A DNA stretch of 64,000 nt from Terriglobia bacterium (GTDB lineage Bacteria > Acidobacteriota > Terriglobia > 20CM-2-55-15): contig CBDAOY010000009.1 of assembly GCA_965198225.1 (NCBI GenBank), forward strand, positions 448,001-512,000, given 5' to 3'. The notes beneath the pieces are model-generated. The model saw only the letters and a list, made by a program, of their open reading frames with translations, was not told where the DNA came from and searched no databases. Shown piece after piece: positions 60,076 to 64,000 of this stretch (within the stretch, counting starts at the first letter, position 1; each line of letters starts with the position of its first letter). The position numbers and the translations under genes were made by a program.

Positions 60076-61083
60076 ATGGCAACCATGACAAACCAATACC
60101 GCTGGATCTTGGTCGGTGCTTTGGTGTGCCTTCTCGGGGCCGGTGTTTTCGCAACGGGCCAGAGCCTGCCCGTTTCACAGCAAAGCACGTCGGATGGGAA
60201 TCCGCAGCGGGTGCCCGATCAGTTTCGTCTCTCGGTTGAGGTCGAGCTGGTCAACGTGACCGCGACGGTGCTGGATCAGGAAGGCAAGTACGTCGGGGGT
60301 CTGACCGAGACCGATTTCACGATTTTTGAAGACGGGGTGGAACAGGAAATCTCATTCTTCTCGCACGATCTCAGAGTACCCATCAGTATGGGGATTCTAG
60401 TCGACACGAGCGGCAGCATGCGTCACAAACTCCAGCAATCGTTGCAGACCGCGCGAGAGCTGGCGCAAGCGCTGTCTGACGACGACGAAGTGTTCATCAT
60501 CGGCTTTGACAACAACGTCAAGGTGCTTCAGAACTTCACTCGCAATGGGCCGCACATTCAGCAAACGTTGAGGGGCATCCGCTCCCGCGGTGAGACCGCC
60601 GCGTTCGATGCGATCGGTCTGGGCCTGGAAATGATGGAGGCCGCGAAGCACGACAAGAAGATCCTGTTGATGATCACTGATGGTTTCGATACCAAGAGCA
60701 AGCTCAAAGCGGACGATATCGACGAGATGCTCAAACGTGCCGAGGTCCTCGTGTACGCGATCGGAATCGATGACGACGACGACGACCCGGAAGTGCGCCG
60801 ACGCACCCGGTACCACATCTACCACTACATGTTGGCGCGGTTGACGGGTGTCACAGGTGGCCGGGCGTTTCGCCTGTTCACCGGACGTCGTTACGCACTG
60901 CGGAGTCTCGCGGAAGTGCTGCTGGAGGAGTTACACCAGCAGTACACGCTCAGTTACTATCCGTCGAGCGGTCCCGTCGACACGAGTTGGCGGGAGATCG
61001 AGGTGGAACTGGAGCATCCGGGGGCGACGATTCGCCACAGGGGTGGATACTACGTCGGCACAATGCTAGCGTCGCCGCAATAG
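60076..61083 (+). CDS. VWA domain protein (acidobacterial VWFA-related type)
   Basis: Signal peptide; VEVELVNVTATVLD, DFTIFEDGVEQEI, VDTSGSM MIDAS motif, ITDGFD, TGGRAF, QYTLSYYP. Confidence 0.88.
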   Translation: MATMTNQYRWILVGALVCLLGAGVFATGQSLPVSQQSTSDGNPQRVPDQFRLSVEVELVNVTATVLDQEGKYVGGLTETDFTIFEDGVEQEISFFSHDLRVPISMGILVDTSGSMRHKLQQSLQTARELAQALSDDDEVFIIGFDNNVKVLQNFTRNGPHIQQTLRGIRSRGETAAFDAIGLGLEMMEAAKHDKKILLMITDGFDTKSKLKADDIDEMLKRAEVLVYAIGIDDDDDDPEVRRRTRYHIYHYMLARLTGVTGGRAFRLFTGRRYALRSLAEVLLEELHQQYTLSYYPSSGPVDTSWREIEVELEHPGATIRHRGGYYVGTMLASPQ

Positions 61084-61140
61084 CTTTCCCTTTCCTTTTA
61101 GACCTGTCCTCAGGGCGCTGGCCCGGCCAGCCGCTTTCGG

Positions 61141-61765
61141 GTGTAGGTGCGCTCTATGAGCGCACATCCGTTGGTGTCCAAAACAGCGGCAGGGAACCCC
61201 TCTCTGGTACGGGATAGGCCCGTTAGAATCATTTAGGCGCAGCTCCAAGTCCACGAAGAGGTCTCCGTGCCGGAGACAGGCGAAACTCTAGGATCGGGTG
61301 TAGGGGCGCTCTATGAGCGCACGTGTTTCGGTTCGAAGAATGTGCGGTCATAGACCGCACATTCACCTATCGCAAATTGCGATATTTGAAAGAATCCACA
61401 TTGCAGGTTGCTCATTGGAGATTGTTTCATGTCAGATTTCCGGCCAATAAGAAATCGAGCAATTTGCAATCTCCAGATTTCCAATGCGGAATCGTCCAAT
61501 GACCAATCTGCAATAGCTGTCAGACGAGATCCCAGCCACCTCCCTTGATCGAGTAGAGTGTGCGGTCATAGACCGCACCTCCTTTTGGATGCGGGGGCTG
61601 GCTAGATTTCCGGCCTCGAGCAACCTCCAAATTTCCAATGCGGAATCGTCCAATGACCAATCTGCAATAGCTGTCAGACGAGATCCCATCCACCTCCCTT
61701 GATCGAGTAGAGTGTGCGGTCATAGACCGCACCTACACCTCCTTTTGGATGCGGGGGCTGGCTAG
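61141..61765. repeat. Repeat-rich intergenic region with REP copies and a diverged direct duplication
   Basis: REPs at ~61141-61165, 61297-61361, 61557-61580 and 61711-61739; 61471-61605 is repeated at 61625-61765. Confidence 0.8.
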
Positions 61766-63307
61766 CTAGACCACTTGCGGGAAGTCCAGCAGGGTGTTCG
61801 TTGTCTCGATAGATCGCCGCCGCGCCTCTTCCAGTGCCGGTGCCGCGTCGATCATCACGTCGACGAGTTCCGGGTCGAACTGCTTCCCCGAAGACTTTCG
61901 CAACTCCTCTACGGCGCGCTCTGTCGAGAGGCCTCGCTGGTATGGGCGGTTGCTCGTCATCGCGTCGAAGGTGTCTGCAACGAGGATGAGTCGCGCCTCC
62001 ATCGGGATCTTGTCGCCTTTCAGCCCGTCCGGATATCCCTCGCCGTCGAAGTGTTCGTGATGGTGGCGGATCGAAGACTCCAGGTTGAATCCATAAAGAG
62101 TGCGGACGATACGGCTGCCGATGACCGGGTGTGCCTGGATCTGACGCCGTTCTTCGTCGTTCAAAGATCCTGGCTTGCAGAGAACCGCCGACGGTACACC
62201 GATTTTACCGATATCGTGGAGGATCGATCCGACCTTCAGGCCGAACATTTCTTCGTCGTTGAACCCGCCGACCTGGCCCGCCAGAAGCTCCGCGTAGCGG
62301 TCCACGCGATCGCAATGCCCGGCGGTGTAGGCATCCTTGGCTTCGAGCGAACGCGCATGGGCCTGGATCGATGAAATGAACATGCTGCGTAGTTGCTCCT
62401 GATGCCGGCGCACCATGTAATGTTCCTTCAGGTAACTGTCGAGGCGGTTCCGGAACAGCTTGAAGACCCAGCGATGGCGATCGAGCCCGCGTTCGTCTCC
62501 GTGGTCGTAGCCGACGTAGAGGAAGGCGACGTAGGAATCGTGGCGGAGCGGCCAGCACCGTGCCCAGCGATTCTGCGTCTGCAGGTACCAGTTTCGCGGC
62601 AGCTCCTTGAGCGTTGACGAATCCTGGATGACGGCCGTCGACAGGTCGGAAGACACCGACAACAGAGCTTTGCTGGCGTCTCGCCCGAGGCGGTCGCGCT
62701 CGACGAGCATCTGAAATGAATCACCTTCCAGAACGTATACGCCGAACGTATCTGGACGGAGGTGCGACATGGCGTAGTCGGCGAAATCGCCGAGGCTGCT
62801 CGAGATTTCCCGCAGTGGAAAGGAATGCCGCCCGAGGCCGTGGAGTTCGATCAGGATCTGGTTGGTGCCGGTGATTTCCGAGTCCCGTTCTTCCAGGGTC
62901 TGTTCCAAACGTTGCCGGTAGTCCTGGTGGTCACGGAAAACCCGTCGTCGCTCGAGTGCGCGCGTCAGCACGCTGTCCAGCTCCCGGAGCGTATAGGGTT
63001 TGCTGAGGAAATCGAAAGCGCCGGCGCGCATGGCGGCCAGAATCTGAGATTCCGTAGTGAACCCTGTCAGCAGGACGGTCACGATCGTGGGATCGAACTC
63101 CACGATCCGTCGCACGAGCTCGAGCCCGTTCATCCCGGGCATCCGGATGTCGGACACGACCAGGTCGTATGGGTCCGCACCCTCCAGTATGTCGAAAGCA
63201 GCGCGGGCGTCTTGGGCTGTTTCGATCGAAAAGCCCTTAGCTTCCAGAACCTCGCTCAGGAAGCCACGCGAGTCGGCATCGTCTTCGACGATCAGTATCC
63301 GCACCAT
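61766..63307 (-). CDS. Response regulator with HD-GYP c-di-GMP phosphodiesterase domain
   Basis: REC (IVEDD, SDIRMPGMNG, KP); HD-GYP (KDAYTAGHCDRV, LHDIGKIG, HHEHFDGEGYP, VADTFDAMTSNRPY). Confidence 0.92.
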   Translation of the reverse strand: MVRILIVEDDADSRGFLSEVLEAKGFSIETAQDARAAFDILEGADPYDLVVSDIRMPGMNGLELVRRIVEFDPTIVTVLLTGFTTESQILAAMRAGAFDFLSKPYTLRELDSVLTRALERRRVFRDHQDYRQRLEQTLEERDSEITGTNQILIELHGLGRHSFPLREISSSLGDFADYAMSHLRPDTFGVYVLEGDSFQMLVERDRLGRDASKALLSVSSDLSTAVIQDSSTLKELPRNWYLQTQNRWARCWPLRHDSYVAFLYVGYDHGDERGLDRHRWVFKLFRNRLDSYLKEHYMVRRHQEQLRSMFISSIQAHARSLEAKDAYTAGHCDRVDRYAELLAGQVGGFNDEEMFGLKVGSILHDIGKIGVPSAVLCKPGSLNDEERRQIQAHPVIGSRIVRTLYGFNLESSIRHHHEHFDGEGYPDGLKGDKIPMEARLILVADTFDAMTSNRPYQRGLSTERAVEELRKSSGKQFDPELVDVMIDAAPALEEARRRSIETTNTLLDFPQVV

Positions 63308-63341
63308 ATCGGTGTTATCGGATGCGTGTGATGAGAAGATT

Positions 63342-63488
63342 AGCCACAGACGGCACGGACGAATTCAGCCACGGATTGAAGGGAGGAATCCAGCCACGGA
63401 TTGCACGGATTCAGCGGATTAAAGAGATCTTTCGGACAGCATGACCACTGATTCAGTCCTATCCGTGTAATCTGTGTAATCCGTGGCT
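63342..63488. repeat. 9-mer GCCACGGAT/ATCCGTGGC inverted repeat cluster
   Basis: AGCCACGGATT..AGCCACGGATTGCACGGATTCAGCGGATT ... ATCCGTGTAATCTGTGTAATCCGTGGCT. Confidence 0.7.
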
Positions 63489-63498
63489 TTCTTACGCC

Positions 63499-64000
63499 TT
63501 AGCCGGCGACGGCCGGCATCTTCTTAAGTTCGGCCGGGGTTTGATCCAGACCGATCCGTTTGATCTTTTCGATCAGCGTTGTCCGCTTCAGATTCAGCAA
63601 CTTCGCTGCAAGCTTCTTGTTTCCGCCGGTCTTTCGCAGACTCTGGAGGATCAACTCGCGCTCCATGCCCGATACGACGCTCTGGAAATTGATCCCTTCG
63701 TCGGGGATTTCGATCATCGGGGGCAGATTGGCACCCGAGCGGCTCTGTATCTCAGGGGGCAGGTCGAGGGCGACGATCGTCGGGCGAGGCCCGGTCAGCG
63801 CCACCATACGCTCCACGATGTTTTCCAACTGGCGAACGTTTCCGGGCCAGTCGAACGACATCAGGGCCTTGATGACTTCCGGGGCGATCGTCTTGGATTC
63901 CAAGGCATGGGTTTCTGTGAATTGTTTGAGGAAGCGCTGAATCATCAGCGGAATGTCCTCCCGACGCTCCCTCAGGGGCGGCAGGTCGACCGGGATCACG
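63499..64000 (-). CDS. Sigma-54-dependent transcriptional activator, C-terminal part (partial)
   Basis: LPPLRERREDIPL, WPGNVRQLEN, Fis-type HTH GNKKLAAKLLNLKRTTLIEK. Confidence 0.92.
   Translation of the reverse strand, partial: VIPVDLPPLRERREDIPLMIQRFLKQFTETHALESKTIAPEVIKALMSFDWPGNVRQLENIVERMVALTGPRPTIVALDLPPEIQSRSGANLPPMIEIPDEGINFQSVVSGMERELILQSLRKTGGNKKLAAKLLNLKRTTLIEKIKRIGLDQTPAELKKMPAVAG

Noticed and set aside
6859-61739. GTAGGTGCG...CGCAC repeats as a CRISPR array
   Set aside because: They are dispersed inverted doublets without regular unique spacers, and no cas genes are present; they fit REPs.

Overview
GC-rich bacterial chromosomal segment, probably Acidobacteriota (inferred from an acidobacterial-type VWA protein, the 'MGGRNPY' ferredoxin and the repeat families). 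Most of it is housekeeping: gmhA (partial), uvrA, GreA/B factor, ABC-F ATPase, ctpA, ruvX-mltG, rfbC, folK, an M16 peptidase pair, rfaE2-mfd-SurA-like, rsmI, galU, lepB, larE-purD-purE-mtaB, acpS, pgeF-pcm, flagellin, ferredoxin, an HD-GYP response regulator and a partial sigma-54 activator. It also holds an aromatic-catabolism cluster of unknown substrate (25.4-34.4 kb). The most striking region is a mobile-element hotspot at 6.9-12.7 kb. It contains nested REP/MITE elements, a complete IS256 with TIRs and an 8-bp TSD, and a group II twintron. In the twintron, an ORF-less ~922-nt group II intron (9315-10236) sits in the conserved ATAGT|AC motif of domain III of a class C-like RT-encoding intron (8879-11948), and its EBS1 loop is complementary to that motif, suggesting an intron that targets other introns. 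Other notable signals are a probable exported selenoprotein (in-frame TGA in a UxxC motif plus a SECIS-like hairpin), a candidate ~200-nt sRNA gene with promoter and terminator, several MITE and heptamer-repeat families, and three frameshifted or truncated genes. All calls were made by eye from the sequence; no database searches were run.
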